This document shows, piece by piece, positions 1 to 13,161 of a stretch of 64,000 bases of DNA. The stretch lies in contig OZ024743.1 in assembly GCA_964016885.1 (NCBI GenBank), positions 195,734,001-195,798,000 of the forward strand. The letters run 5' to 3'. The notes below the pieces were generated by a model that had not been told where the DNA came from, did not search any database, and worked only from the letters and a program-made list of their open reading frames with translations. Origin of the DNA: Eledone cirrhosa. Lineage: Eukaryota. Every line of letters begins with the position of its first letter. Position 1 is the stretch's first letter. The position numbers were made by a program, and so were the translations under genes.

Positions 1-3000
1 GATTGGATTTCCCGAATGTGCCAATGTGGACTTGGACAAATCGCATAGGGTCATCCAGATCATATCTAGATAGAGTATTTTGTAGGGAAATAGATAGGTC
101 TAGCATAGGGTGTCCACAATTCAAGATAGTCAGCTACACGGACCACAAATTCGTGATCTGTGTGCTTGACTTAGATAGGCTTCATAGACGAGGACCCGGC
201 TACTGGAAGCTAAACGCGTCCTTACCAGCGCGCAAGGCCTACAGAGACCGGATTAGCGATCTAGTTAGGCGGGCGTTGACGGGGGCCATCGTCAAAAACA
301 AGTGGTGGTTTGCTCTGAAAAGAGCGATTAGAATAGAATCCATTAGGTTTAGTAAGGCTTTAGCAATAGAGAAAAATAGAGCAGAGGGAGAACTAGTTAG
401 AAAATTAGACGAGGCGCTTAGCAAAGGCATTGCGACCGACGTGCTTGCGGCGAAATTGGCCCTTGACCAATTCTTCAATGCAAAGAACGAAGGCTGCGTT
501 GTCAGAGCAAGGGTGCGTGCTCTCAGACACGAGGGGACGAAAGCCGTTCAATGGGCCCGAGTGGCGGAGGTGCGTCGTGGCAACAAAGCCATGATCCGGT
601 CTTTGGTGGACCACGGCGGGCGCATGCTACTGGATCCCGGGAAAATGTGTGAAGCTTTTCAGCGACACCTCGCTCAGCTGTTCGGGGGCAGCGGTGGGCC
701 GCGTCGAGGGATGGACTATAGTGTCTACCTCGACGGACTTCCGCGGCTCTCGGCCATGACTGGCTGCACAAGGGGTAATCGCCTGGTTGGGGTGGTCTGC
801 CCTATGAACTTTACGTACAGATGCCAGACTTGTTCGGAGGCCTCTTGGCGGACGTCTACTGCAACTGGCAACAGAACGGGAGAATTCCCAGTTCTGTGAG
901 CCGAGGAGCGGTGGCACTGCTGAGAAAGGATCCGAACAAGGGGGATAACATAGATAATTTCCGGCCCATAACTCTGCTAAACACAGATTTCAAGATTTTG
1001 GCCAAGGTGCTAGCAAAGAGGTTGGCGCTTGTCGTTGGTGGTCTGGTAGGAGAGGCGCAGACATGCGCCATTCCCGACAGATCCATCCACGACAACCTCC
1101 ACCTCATGCGATACATCGTAGAGAGGGTAGCTAGGGAACCTGGCACGGGTGGGTCCTTGATCAATTTAGATCAGTCGAAAGCTTTCGATAGGGTCGACCA
1201 TCGTTACCTAGCGGCAGTCCTGAGGGCGGCTGGCTTTGGGCCCGTCTTCAGAGGCTGGATCGCTGCCATGCACAGCAACATCTGCTCTGTGGCGAGAGTG
1301 AACGCTCACCTGTCGGAACCATTCAACATCATGGGCTCGGTCCGCCAAGGATGTCCCCTCTCGTCCCTCTTGTACGTATTGACTCTCGAGCCATTACTGC
1401 ACAAACTGGAGACGTTGAGGGGCATACCGCGCGAACTAGGATGCGGAAGATCCGTGTCAGCATATGCGGACGATGTCACCGTAGTGGTGTCGAACGCCAA
1501 ACACATCGAGGCGATCGGCACCACACTAAGAGAATACGAAGCGGTGACAGGAGCAATGATCAACCAGGAAAAGTCAGTGGGCCTGCAGCTCGGCACCTGG
1601 AGAGGGAGGTCCATGCCGTCCAACAGCGTCGTCGGACGCTGGACGGACGGACCGGTTAAATTGCTAGGGGTCTGGTTCGGTCCGGACCTCCAGACGGACA
1701 AAAACTGGGACGAGGTGACGAGCAGGGTGGCTTCTCTCACCCAGAAATGGGCGGAGAGGAAGCTATCCCTGAAAGGTCGAGCGGAGGTGGCTAACGCGTA
1801 CATCGCGTCTGTCATCTGCTACCGCCTGACCGTCGTACCTTGTCCTAAGCCTCGCCTGACTGCGCTGGAGCGTTTGCTCTTTCGCTTTTTGTGGAAGGGA
1901 CACGCTCCGATGGTCAGGCGGTCCATCTGTTGTCAACACCCGTTACGTGGAGGGCTGGGCATGCCGTGGCTGGTGATGCGCAGGCACGCGCTCAGGCTAC
2001 GACATCTCCACCTCTTCCTCGACGGTGATCAGGTGTGGTCACCGTTTGCTAGACACGTATTTCCCCAGCTCGTTTCCTTGACGGAGCTGCAGTCCTGTGT
2101 CATGCGAGAGGGAGCGCCTGGAGACTGGGATGTCTTCAGGCGTTCTATAGAGGATTAGTGGAGGGGAAGAGCGACGACGTACTTGGGAAAACTCTAGGCG
2201 TCGACGAAAATCAACTAGCCAATCTCTTCGGAAGAACTTTCGGGCCAGGGCCTATGGACAACTTACAGAAATATCTGGCCTGGCAGTGCTACCGAGGAGC
2301 CTTGCCAGTTCGGGATAAACTCTACAGGCATGGAGGTGCCGTGAGCCGGGCATGTCCGAGATGCGCGCAGGGCGACGAAACCGTCCTGCACGCACTCGTC
2401 CAGTGTCCGAAAATTGCTGACTTGTGGGTTTATGTCGAACCCCTGCTGTCGCGTATAGGACGGATCCGGCTATCATCTGAGTCCATCGTGAGGATTGCTC
2501 CGCCCTCCTCCTTTAGCTGGGAAGGGCAGGCAGTTTTTATCTGTCTGGTGGCCATGGCGAAAGAGATAGTATGGTGGATACGTTTGAAAGGGCTGAAGAC
2601 GAGCACTTACCTCTTCGGTGATGCCCTGATTGACTTTTTCAAATTTCATTTGAAAAGGAAAATCAGAGTAGAGAGGAAAGTGCTCTATTCCCAGCATTTT
2701 GTTGAAATATGGGTGAGAGAAGCAAGAATGGCCCGAGTGAATGGGCCTACTCTGAGTATATATCTGTAAATTAAAGGTGGAAAACTGGGAGAGGGCACTT
2801 GCCTTGGTGGTCAGGGTCATTGTGGGATTACTGGGCTTTCTCCACAAATGTCCTTCCGAAGTCTCCCCCCTATTGGGGAATTTTTCATTGTTATTTTTTG
2901 TTACATCCTCTGTTTTTGTTTTTTACACGCAGAAATGCCCATTTGTACCGTCCTGTATTGTCCTGCACTGTCCTTAATGTCTACTTTATGTAAACCCTTG

Positions 3001-3045
3001 TGGTTAATAAAGAAATCATTATTATTATTATTGTTATTATTATTA

Positions 3046-3088
<43 letters not shown>

Positions 3089-3090
3089 GT
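1..3090 (+). mobile_element. Tx1/L1-clade non-LTR retrotransposon (ATT-tailed family), ORF2 through 3' UTR and (TTA)n tail; cut by window start
   Basis: APE endonuclease C-terminal motifs (SYLDRVF, SYTDHK, GPGYWKLN); RT motifs (FRPITLLNTDFKIL, LDQSKAFDRVDH, VRQGCPLS, AYADD); C-terminal zf-RVT (CPRC..ETVLHALVQC); 3' UTR ending TAATAAAGAAATC then (ATT)n. Confidence 0.95.
3..2769 (+). pseudogene. Frameshifted Tx1 ORF2 (EN-RT-zf-RVT) in three pieces: 3-899, 821-2158, 2158-2769
   Basis: Consecutive ORFs form one L1-type ORF2. Deletions near 755 and 2100-2150 are visible relative to the 39-42 kb copy. Confidence 0.9.
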
Positions 3091-3099
3091 TGTTGTTCT

Positions 3100-5020
3100 T
3101 TGAGTCTCAGTCATTGATGTTATTTAACTACAAAGTTTGTTGAAATGAATATCAAGCAACTACCTGCAGCCTCAGATATTCAGGACGTATCGCTGTTCCA
3201 AGCAAGCATGCTTTTGATGTGTTCCAAAAAGTGGGGTGGGACCAATATTCTTTAACCATCCTTGGCAACTCTTTGAGATAGTACCCAGTGCGCCTCATGG
3301 CAGTTCCAAATCCTTTTTACCTCCCACTTTAAGTTCTGGTATCGGTTAATTTTCTCACTCTCCTTCTCTTGCACTCTCGTGTCAAATGGGCAGGCTACAT
3401 CCACAATCAGTCACGATCTTTTTCCCTTGTCCAAAACCACCAGGTCAGGTCTATTGTGTTCCAGTTTCTTGTCCGTCTGTATCCTAAAATTCCACAGTAC
3501 CTTCACCTGATCGTTTTCTATCACCGACTCTGGCTTATGCTCATACCACTTCTCAGAATGTGGTAAATTGTTTACTTTGCATCGGTGCCAGTGGATCACC
3601 CTGCCCATCACATCATGTCTCCAGCGTTTATAGTGAGTCTGGGCTAGGTGTTTACACTCGGATACAATGTGAGCCACAGTCTCCTCTCTCCACAGACCCT
3701 ACACAGTGGGCTAGCCTCCTCCTTGTAAATATGGTGTTACAGCCACTTCGTTTTAAGGGCCTGCTCTTGCGCAGCAATTAGCATTCCTTCTGTAGCCGTT
3801 TTAAGGTCTCCTTTTTCAATCAGTTCCATGTCTGTGGATCTATAAATTCAGTTTTCTCAAAGAAGGTACTATGAAGCGATTTTTCATGAAGGTTGCTCTT
3901 TCTCCTTTTTGTTATTTCCTCCTTGGACATCCCTGGTGTATTGTCCTCTCCTTCAGTGCGATTCTGAGCATTGGCTCCCTACTATCAGTCACGTATTTAT
4001 GTAGGTTGGTTTTCTCCATCTGAACACAGTCCTCTATGTTGGTAAGACCTATTCCACCTTCAGATCTCCTTAAGTAGAGTCTATCGACATCACTCCTCTT
4101 GTGGAACATGTTGTAGATAGACAATAGCTACCTATTCTTCCTATCCATTTCTTTTTGTTGAGCAACATTCCATCTCAGAATTCCCGCACTGTACCTAATA
4201 ATAGACACAGCTCGGGAATTTACTGCAGTTATGGCATTCCTACTGTTCAGATGTGACTTTAATACGCTCATTACTCTCCGAATGTATTCAGATCTTATCA
4301 ATTCCTTCATTTTTTTCTTCTTGCTGTCATCAGCCTCTAGAACACCTAAATATGTGTATCCTTCTTCAGTGTCAATTTCCTTTATCATCTCAACTGTTGG
4401 TACCTGGATTCCGTTGCTTCTGCTCAATTTACCCCTTCTTCATCAGAAGGACTCCACACTTACTAATACCAAATCGCATACATATATCATTGCTGAAAAT
4501 ACGGACAGTGTCAACAAGCACATGCAACTCCTCACTCTTCCCGAAGAGCTTAAGATCGTCCATGAAGAGGAGGTGATTGATGGTAAGGTCTCGCTTTCCC
4601 AACTTGTATCCTGCTCTCACTTTTCGAAGTATAATGGTCAGGGGCATCAGGGCATGGACAAATAACAGAGGGGATAGAGTATCTCCCTGGAAGATACCTC
4701 TCTTGATCTTCACGCCTCCCAAGGATTCTCCGCCCAATGTTAACTCTGTTTTCCAGGACTTCATAATTTTGCTCAACAACTGTGTGATGTTATCTGCCAC
4801 CCTGAAGATCTCTAGGCTTTTGGTTATCCTAGAATGAGGTACCATGTCGAATGCCTTTTTGTAGTCTATCCATCCCATGGCAAGACCAGTGTGTCTCCTC
4901 CTGCAATTCCTCATTACCATCTTATCAATAAGTAACTGGTCCTTTGTACCACGGGTGATGGTAGATTTCCTCAGACACAATGCTTGTTAACAGTTTCCAC
5001 AGTACGGACAGACATGTGAT
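3100..5020 (-). mobile_element. R4/Dong-like non-LTR retrotransposon (RT + restriction-like endonuclease), 5'-truncated, degenerate
   Basis: Minus-strand fragments: [90 protein letters not shown]. The 3' end runs into (TAA)n. Confidence 0.9.
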
Positions 5021-5440
5021 GCCCTGATTGACTTTTTCAAATTTCATTTGAAAAGGAAAATCAGAGCAGAGAGGGAAGTGCTCTCGTCCCAGCATTTTGT
5101 TGAAAGATGGGTGAGAGAAGAAAGAATGGCCCGAGTGAATGGGCCTACTCTGAGTATGTATCTGTAAATTAAAGGTGGAAAACTGGGTGAGGGCACTTGC
5201 CTTGGTGGTCAGGGTCACTGTGGCCTTTTACTGGGCTTTCTCCACAAATGTCCCTCCGAAGTCTCCCCCCTATTGGGGAATTTTTCATTGTTATTTTTTG
5301 TTACATCCTCTGTTTTTGTTTTTACACGCAGAAATGCCCATTTGTACCGCCCTGTATTGTCCTGTACTGTCCTTAATGTCTACTTTATGTAAACCCTTGT
5401 GGTTAATAAAGAAATCATTATTATTATTATTATTATTATT
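5016..5440 (+). mobile_element. 5'-truncated (~400 bp) copy of the ATT-tailed Tx1 family
   Basis: Near-identical to 2619-3020, with the same 3' UTR and (TTA)n tail at 5418-5440. Confidence 0.93.
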
Positions 5441-5921
5441 TGACTCTCAGTGATTGATGTTATTTAACTTGAAAGTTTGTTCAAATGAACATAAAGCCGC
5501 TACCTGCAGCCTCAGATATACAGGACGTGTTGGAGGGTTCTTGCTGTTTCCAGCAAGCATGCCATTTGAAGTGTTCCAAAAAACGGGGCTGGTCTAATTT
5601 TCTTTAACCATCCTTGAAAACTCTTTGAGATACTACCTAGTGCTCCTATAACAATCGGGACGACCTTGACCTCATGACAGTCCCAAATCCTTTTAACTCC
5701 CACTTTAATCCTGGTATCGTTTAATTTTCTCCTTCTCCTTTTCTTGCATTCCCGTGTCAAATGGCCAGGCTACATCTACAATGAAGCATCATCTTTTTTC
5801 CTTGTCAAAAACCACTATGTCAGGTCTATTGTGTTCTAATTTCTTGTCCGTCTGTATCCCGAAATCCCATAGCACCTTCACTTTATCGTTTTCTATCTGG
5901 CTTATGCGTATACCACTTCTC
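5441..5921 (-). mobile_element. Second R4/Dong-like 3' fragment (RLE domain + 3' UTR)
   Basis: Homologous to 3100-3555; EVKVVPIVIGALGSISK motif; (TTA)n on both sides (5418-5440, 5926-5940). Confidence 0.88.
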
Positions 5922-6799
5922 AATTGTTATTATTATTATTAATATTAAAATTACCAGCAGAAAAACCACCCGAAACGTGGTTTTCTGATAGCGTATGTAC
6001 TATATTGATATTATACGCAAATATATATTCATTTAGATATGATACGTCAAATTAAATCGTAATTGAGAACATGCACAGAAATTGAAGAGAGTCTGTGTTA
6101 CACTCTCTTCTGTAATCAGTAAAGTAATCCAAGATACATTTAAAAAAGACGATATTATATATAAACTGCATTACGACAAAATTTTATGAAAACGAAAGAG
6201 GAGAAAATTAGCGACGGAATCGATGCAAATATAGGAACGTTTATTTAAGCGATATAATATAGAGTCCTTTATATGATAACCGGAAGTGTTGACATTTGAA
6301 AATTTTAAAAGAAGTGTATCTTGAAATCAGTAATAAAATTATTTATATTGAATCACGAATTACGAAATTTAGTATATAAATTATTTAATATTCATTGATT
6401 ATTTATTCAAAGTGATCCAACTTATTTTAAAAACGCGATAAAAAAAAATATTCAGGGCGCAATCCCGCACTCCTCCCTTTATTATATTATGATTATTATT
6501 AGCCAATACACTAAATATACTGCCACTTCCATAGATATTCCTCGAATATTTAGTGCTTCATATATTCTGTGACCCTCAATATAAAAATCATCTCTCTGTT
6601 TACATATCGAGGCCTCATCCTTGATTTATATATGTTAGGATGTAATGTGCCTTCAGTGCCATGTTTTGAATTGTTCCTCTATATTAGTATCCTTTAACTA
6701 AGCTACACAACTTATACTTGTTGAAGAACATGCCAGTTGCGATACACAATCATTACATGAAGTTGTCGAGTGAATTATATGGAGCTTATATTTCTACAT

Positions 6800-7110
6800 T
6801 ACCAACAAAAAGTAGTCATCAACCTTGAACTGTTTCTGTATAAGAACCTGTAATTGTTCACTATGTATTACAGATCCAGAATTCTTTGATTTCAGAATAT
6901 GCTTTGTAGTGCTGTGTTGTTCTCCGAATGACTATGACAGAATGAGTTTCTATACACATGCAACCGGCTTTTGAATGTTATGTAAGTCCTGTAGTGCTTG
7001 TTGATGTAGTCATGGTGGAGATATCAGCATAGTATACAATATTTTTGACCTTTAGTGGACAAAAATCCATTTGCTCTACATTTGTTTGCAATTGGAATCA
7101 ATACGTAGAA
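6800..7110 (-). mobile_element. Old degenerate Penelope-like (Naiad-type) GIY-YIG endonuclease fragment
   Basis: Hand translation with frameshifts gives KCR..FCPLKVKNIVYYADI...GLT..FKSRLHVYRNSF..NNTAL, paralleling CNCR..CPL..KNIVY..YVGST..FK..HKNSF of the 52.4-52.9 kb element. Confidence 0.5.
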
Positions 7111-7361
7111 GCATGGATGCCCTAAAGCACTAAACCGGTGTTAAATTGTCTCGTACAAATTGCTGTTCTTTCACACAAAATATATATTGGATAAAAGACG
7201 AAAGATTTATCCGACAGAAATAGGAAGTAAAGAGACCCTTGGCTTGGTCACTAATATAAATGTGCGTGTGTGTGATTTTCTGTATTTTTGTTCTATAGTC
7301 TGAGCATATTAGGCAGATGTTTTACTTGAAACACTCACACACGCACATATATGCATATACG

Positions 7362-7496
<135 letters not shown>

Positions 7497-8399
7497 CAGT
7501 GTGTGCGCTTGTATAGTCTGACGATAGTGACAATCTCAAAATCATGATGTTCCAACAGTTAGTAATAAGCTATCAACTAAAGCTTCCTACTCATTCTAAT
7601 GGGAGCAATAATCAATAAATCTAACAACATAGGTCAGAACAGTTATATTTGTTTTGCCTCAGAAAATAATAGCTGAAACATCACAGATCTAAACAAATAC
7701 GATCAAAATGAAGGGTCGCTAACATATTAACTCCAAATCGAGCTCATCAATAAAATAGACACTAATGTTTATGAGAATTGAATCAATGTTTTTTTTTTGT
7801 ATATTTTTCTTGAACTCGTCTCCACATTTCTAATGGAAATAGAAACACGCTTAGCTTTTCTGGTTTCTGTTCAAAATCATCGATTCTATAAATTAGTCGA
7901 AGACCAAACAATTCTCCTATGTGGTTAGGTTTATTGAATCAAATCGGTATATCAGAATATGACTGGTAATTATTGTAGTCTACGTAGATAGTAAAGATAG
8001 CTAAATCCATGCATTTGATTTGAAGTTAGAATATAATGGGAAGGAATAATTTGCTGCGTAGTTCTGCGGCTTACGACAAATCCACTACTATTTTGCTCTA
8101 AAATATGTGTCATATTTGTTTACTAAAATACCTGAGGAGACTTGTTAAAAGGAATCTAAGGAAAAGATTTATAATTGTACGATATGCATCTTAAATAAAC
8201 ACAATAAATACCTCTATAATCACAGTCGACATATGCTGTGGTAAAAGCTTGTGTTTCGTCTCTTTCTCCAAACGACGCATTAAAAACAAATTTCTTTATT
8301 AGCCATGTAACAGTTTTGTGCTGGTTGTCAAGTTGTGTCAATCTATGCCCTAAGTATTCTCAAATATACAGTCAATGTGGTGTCGTAAATAAATATATA

Positions 8400-8770
8400 C
8401 ACAATGGAACCAAACTCCCACTGTCACTGCATCCATCCCTCCCACTCTCCCCATCTCTTACCATTATGAGTAAATGTGGGACCACGCGCTGGCCGCCACG
8501 CGGCTCCGGTGGACAGAATAGTGAAGGCGTTTCCCCGGAAGATGGTGACGAAGACGCACTGAAAGAGCCATTCCAACTTAGGAGGTTCACACCTCCGGGT
8601 AGCCAACTCTATGCCGATAGTTGTGAGTAATGAGTTGGTCCTAGGGACAAAGACACCAGAAGTCTCCACTGCTACGCGCTCGAACGCAAACCTGTCGGAG
8701 AGCGATCTATATTTGGAGAGGATACCCTCCTCTGTCCGAAGTGCAGTGATTGTCGCAGTGTCAAGCCAAT
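8400..8770 (-). mobile_element. CRE-like RLE non-LTR retrotransposon 3' fragment
   Basis: KYRSLSDRFAFERVAVETSGV..WLFQ..IFRGNAFTIL; 3' UTR shared with the 48385-48700 copy. Confidence 0.75.
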
Positions 8771-9420
8771 GTACTCTAAACATAAATATTCATAATTGTA
8801 CGATGACTCCTTTTAGAACTCCTCTTAATGGCCATAGTAGCGGTGTATATAATGAAAAGGTATATATACAGAAGCGCAGCTATCTCGGAATTTTGCAGAA
8901 TTTGTGCCAAAGAAAAATGTTATTACAATGTAAGTTTGATATAATAGTATATTATTGGAACGCAATCCGGGTTATTTATTCTAATAACAATAGTTTGCCC
9001 ATCCAACAGATAATTTTTATATTCATGTAAAAAAACTTATCTTACCCATAAAGATGATTGCAATTTTGCCCATAAAATGCTATCAAGACGAACAGAATGT
9101 ATGTTTTATTCGGCTTGCATCCACCAATAAGTATAAAATTCAATTTTAGTACGCTTCCAAATCCTGATATACATATGTTTTACCATGAAATAATAGCAAT
9201 CATTTTTAATATGTAATATATCACCTGGCAGATACTGATGTTTAGTCTCAATTCGCGATTATATCCCTAATATATCTAGAAGAGACATGAATGTCACGAT
9301 ATCTCATTCTCCTCAAATACTTGGCATTCTAGCTAAATAAAAAAATTGTGAATTTGTTATTTTACTTCTTAAATATGTTCATGACAAACTTGTTCGTTTT
9401 GTGTGTATTTCTTGTATGTT

Positions 9421-9745
9421 GGTGGAGGCGTGTGGCTTTGTGGTTAGGGTATTTGGCTCACAATCGTGAAGTTATGAGTTCTATTCCCGGTAGCGCGTTG
9501 TGTCCTTGAGCAAGACACTTTAATTCACGCTGCTCCAGTCCACTCAGCTGGCAAAAATGAGTTGTGTCTGTAGTTCAAATGGCCAGCCTTCTCATATTAT
9601 ATGTCATACTGAATCTCCCTGATAACTAGGTTAAGGGTATATGTGTCTTTGAAATGCTCAGCCACTTGCACGTTAATTTCATGATCAGGCTATTTCATTG
9701 TTCACATCAACTGGATAACTCATCGTCGTAACCGACGGATTGCCT
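9421..9745 (+). mobile_element. tRNA-derived SINE (family with TGTCCTTGAGCAAGACACTT...CTCCAGTCCACTCAGCTG core)
   Basis: A-box-like GTGGCTTTGTGG and B-box-like GAGTTCTATTCCC. Related copies at 22495-22820 (-) and 57172-57290 (+). Confidence 0.8.
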
Positions 9746-10149
9746 CAGTTTACATGTATGTTGAAACTAACACAAGTTGCTTACATTCATTATATATTCA
9801 GCTTGGATTTGATTCACTACCATCTTTTCTTTTCGGTGGTTTTAACCTCAACCCGTTATATGATTTAACAGCTAGCTCCTAGGTACATTTAACAATATTT
9901 GTTAAGGAAAACATTCTCATATCCCCCTAACGACATTGAAGAGAGCCGTGAGGTGATGCCTTTCATTCAGCGGTTATACACGAAGAGAATTTGTTTCATA
10001 TTGATAAACAGTGATCATATGTTCTTTACATTCTGGGTGTTCAATCAATTTATATGTGAATCAAAATGTTTGTACATATTTGGAATATATCCCAATATCT
10101 TCAGTCGTCCTACAAATTGACAAGTAAAAATACGACCGTCACACAGGTA

Positions 10150-10375
10150 ATTACTTACATACATACATATATACATACATACGTACGTACATATATAAAT
10201 AAATATATAATACATACATAAATATATAATACATAAATATATAATACATACATAAATAAATATATACAAGCATATATACATACATAAGTACATATTCATA
10301 CATATACATACACATACACGCATAAATATATACATATATACATACATAAATACATACGTAAATACATACATACAT
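10150..10375. repeat. Degenerate (CATA)n microsatellite
   Basis: Directly visible. Confidence 0.9.
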
Positions 10376-10899
10376 GATAGCTGCCCCCTCGTTATCGAGT
10401 ATGTCCATTGCACGATATACCATTATTAATAATTATTAATTAATTCTATCGTGCAATGCTAGTGCGCGAAGATATTTTTTAAAGTGAGGAAAGACTGTGC
10501 ACTAAGCCAATCCCACTCTCTGAGCGACAGTAGCTATAACCCGAAAAGAACATCATCAGTAACTGCTGAGCCGCATGTTTTATATCGGAGTTAACCCAAT
10601 TTCCCGAGTTGCCTTCTACTAGAAGAATGCCTTGACAAAGGCTAGGGGCCCTTCGCTGCCAGTGGTTTAACCGCGCGGTACATATTTACACACTTTCAGA
10701 TGGCCGTTGACTCTTATGAGTTCTTCCGCCCTTTGTCCGGTTTTGTTTTTTGTCCTGCAGAGTGTCGAAAATCCTCACCAAGTAAACTTGGTGGCATTGC
10801 CGGTTTAGTCGCCGACCACCCGCCGATGTGACAGGTTATACTGGGTTACATGTTACCAGTAGCACTCAAGAGTGACCGACATGAATACATACATATATA

Positions 10900-11432
10900 G
10901 AAAGCATGTACGGTAGTGGAAATTAGCTGCCCAGCAGATGCCAATATAATATCAAAGATTAGTGAAAAGGAGAATATTTATGCAGAACTGATGAGAAATC
11001 GGCAGATACTCCACGCTGATTACACCTTCAGATTTATGCCTGTGATTATTGGGGCACTGGGATATGTTAGTAACTGCCTCAAAACAAATCTTGAGAAGCT
11101 AGGCTTCACAGGAACAGAAAGAACACAACTAGTTAGGAAATTACAAGTACAATCCATTAATGGAACAGTAAAAATATATAAAACATTCCAAAAATGATGC
11201 ATGTAATAACTGCATATGCACATGTACAGATGCAAAGCATATACACATGCACACATACAACTCAAAACATTCACATCCACACATACAATAACATCCATAT
11301 CTACACATGCATGCATACATACATATCTACCTATATGATGTTGTGTAAATTCCAATGAGAGAGTATTGTGGCTATGTTAGAAACCGACTCTCTCTATTGG
11401 TAAAACTTTGTGAAATTATAAAACCAGAAGAA
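10900..11432 (+). mobile_element. R4-like RLE retrotransposon 3' fragment with (CATA)n tail
   Basis: VEISCPAD..KISEKENIY..FMPVIIGALGYV..LEKLGF. Starts after CATACAT and ends CCAGAAGAA(CATA)n. Confidence 0.75.
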
Positions 11433-11563
11433 CATACATACATACACATATAAATACATACATACATACATACATACATACATACATACATACATACATA
11501 CATACATACATACATACATACATACATACATACATACACACATAAATACATACATATATACAT
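11432..11563. repeat. (CATA)n microsatellite
   Basis: Directly visible. Confidence 0.97.
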
Positions 11564-12160
11564 AAAGAAGTGAGTCTCGTTACAACCTTCCTATGAGACA
11601 CGATGTGAAAGATCTGCAACTCACTTAGGAAAACAAAATTAAAAACAAATGAGGAGGAATATGTTGAGATAGATAGCACTAAGAAATTCTGGTGGGAACT
11701 GAAAATAAAAACTGACACCAAATTAAAGCTCAACCGGCCTGATACTGTTGTCTGGGACAACACATTGAAAACGTGCTCTGTTGTAGAGATCAGCTGCCTA
11801 CTTGATTTCAACGTTATCAGAAAAATACAGGAGAAGAAGGACATCTACGGACCATTGATGAGGAGTTAGCAGATCCAGTATCCAAGATACACCTTCAGCT
11901 TCATACCCATCATTATTGAAGCTACAGGTTATATACCAACCCGCTTGGACCAGAATATGACTGAACTTGGATTTGTGGACAAAGAGCGCAGCTCCTAATT
12001 CATAGACTACAAATGGCTGCGATAGCTGCCACCGTCAAAATTTGCAATGCATTCTTGCGATTCATGGGATGACAATTTCATTTATTTTAAAACCATGCCC
12101 CCAGGAAGGTGGCCAGTCAAAAATGTACTCGAAATTAAGACAAAGAGGAACATACATACA
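11564..12160 (+). mobile_element. Second, divergent R4-like RLE 3' fragment with CATA tail
   Basis: KKFWWELKIKT..NRPDTVVWD..CSVVEISC..KIQEKKDIYGPL..FIPIII; ends AGAGGAACATACATACA. Confidence 0.75.
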
Positions 12161-12489
12161 TTAAAAAGAGGCCTTTTCGCTTCACTGCGATCTCATCGCC
12201 GTAGGTGCTTCCAAAATTCCTAATACCATTCCAAAAAACGAAAAAGTTCTTGTGCGTGAATTTGTTTAGATTGAATAAAGATATGCACATGGCTAAACCC
12301 ACTTTTCAGAACAATCAGCTATAACATTAGCGGTCTAACTAAGACAGGGATTACCAGAAATCAACCGCATTTCTGGTTTTAAATACGTGTTTGCCCTCTC
12401 CTAGATGAGGGGCCTGACAACTCCCTGGATATACAAATCAACACACAAAATATAAATACATACATCTGATCTAGCCCACGTTCAGGTAA

Positions 12490-13161
12490 CCAGTCTTTTC
12501 AGCTTGCTCCCAAAATGACGTCTCCGTTCACTTGGCCACAAGTCATGAGGACCCAGAAAGATCTCATCATAGATAGGTTTACTCGATCCGAGCTGAATTG
12601 CAGCTATTCGGCAACCTGGTGCATTCGGCTCCCAGCCCAGGCTTAGCTGCTCACCTGGCCGAAGATAGCAAACTCTCAAAATATCGACCGTTTTGTGGTC
12701 GAGCCTGTGGTAATTGAGACTTCCTGCATTCTTGCTCCCCAAACCACATCCCCACTCAGGGAGCCGGATTTGATGGGGGCAAAGGGGGCAATTGCCACGG
12801 CCGAGGAAATTTATTTGTGTCCTCAGCTGGGCTTTTTAGTTTTAGAATGGTTATAATTGTTGAATTTAATACATGTATGTATAACTTTTCAATTCCAATT
12901 ATTCTGTCAAGCTAACTTTTCATATGTAAAATTGGGGTTTGCTATGTATTTTTGACTATGAGGGGCCCACCAATATTGAAGAACCTCGGGATTCCAAGGT
13001 CCAAATCGAACCCTGTCCCTACTCACTGCTTTCGGTGCGGAGTTGGCCACATGCAAACCCGAGGTCCGCGAGGTGAAATGGGTGTTCCAGGGCGTCTCTC
13101 CTTCGCTCTCATCCTGGGCAATGTCTTCTCCATGCTGTCCGTTGGGAACTCGAAGCTGTGA
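12490..13161 (+). mobile_element. Degenerate CRE-like RLE fragment interrupted by a MITE
   Basis: LAEDSKLSKY..VVEPVVIET before the insertion and REVKWVFQ..ALILGNVFSML after it. Confidence 0.6.
12757..13015. mobile_element. hAT-like MITE
   Basis: Termini CAGGGAGCCGGATTT ... AAATCGAACCCTG; 8-bp TSD TCCCCACT / TCCCTACT (one mismatch). Confidence 0.65.

Noticed and set aside
9421-9495. tRNA gene
   Set aside because: tRNA-like SINE head continuing into SINE body; no intact cloverleaf. The same applies to the other SINE heads.
10780-10880. HDV-like ribozyme at the minus-strand start of the CATA-bounded unit
   Set aside because: A wobble-rich P1/P3 can be drawn by hand, but no matching P2 strand or canonical L3 was found.
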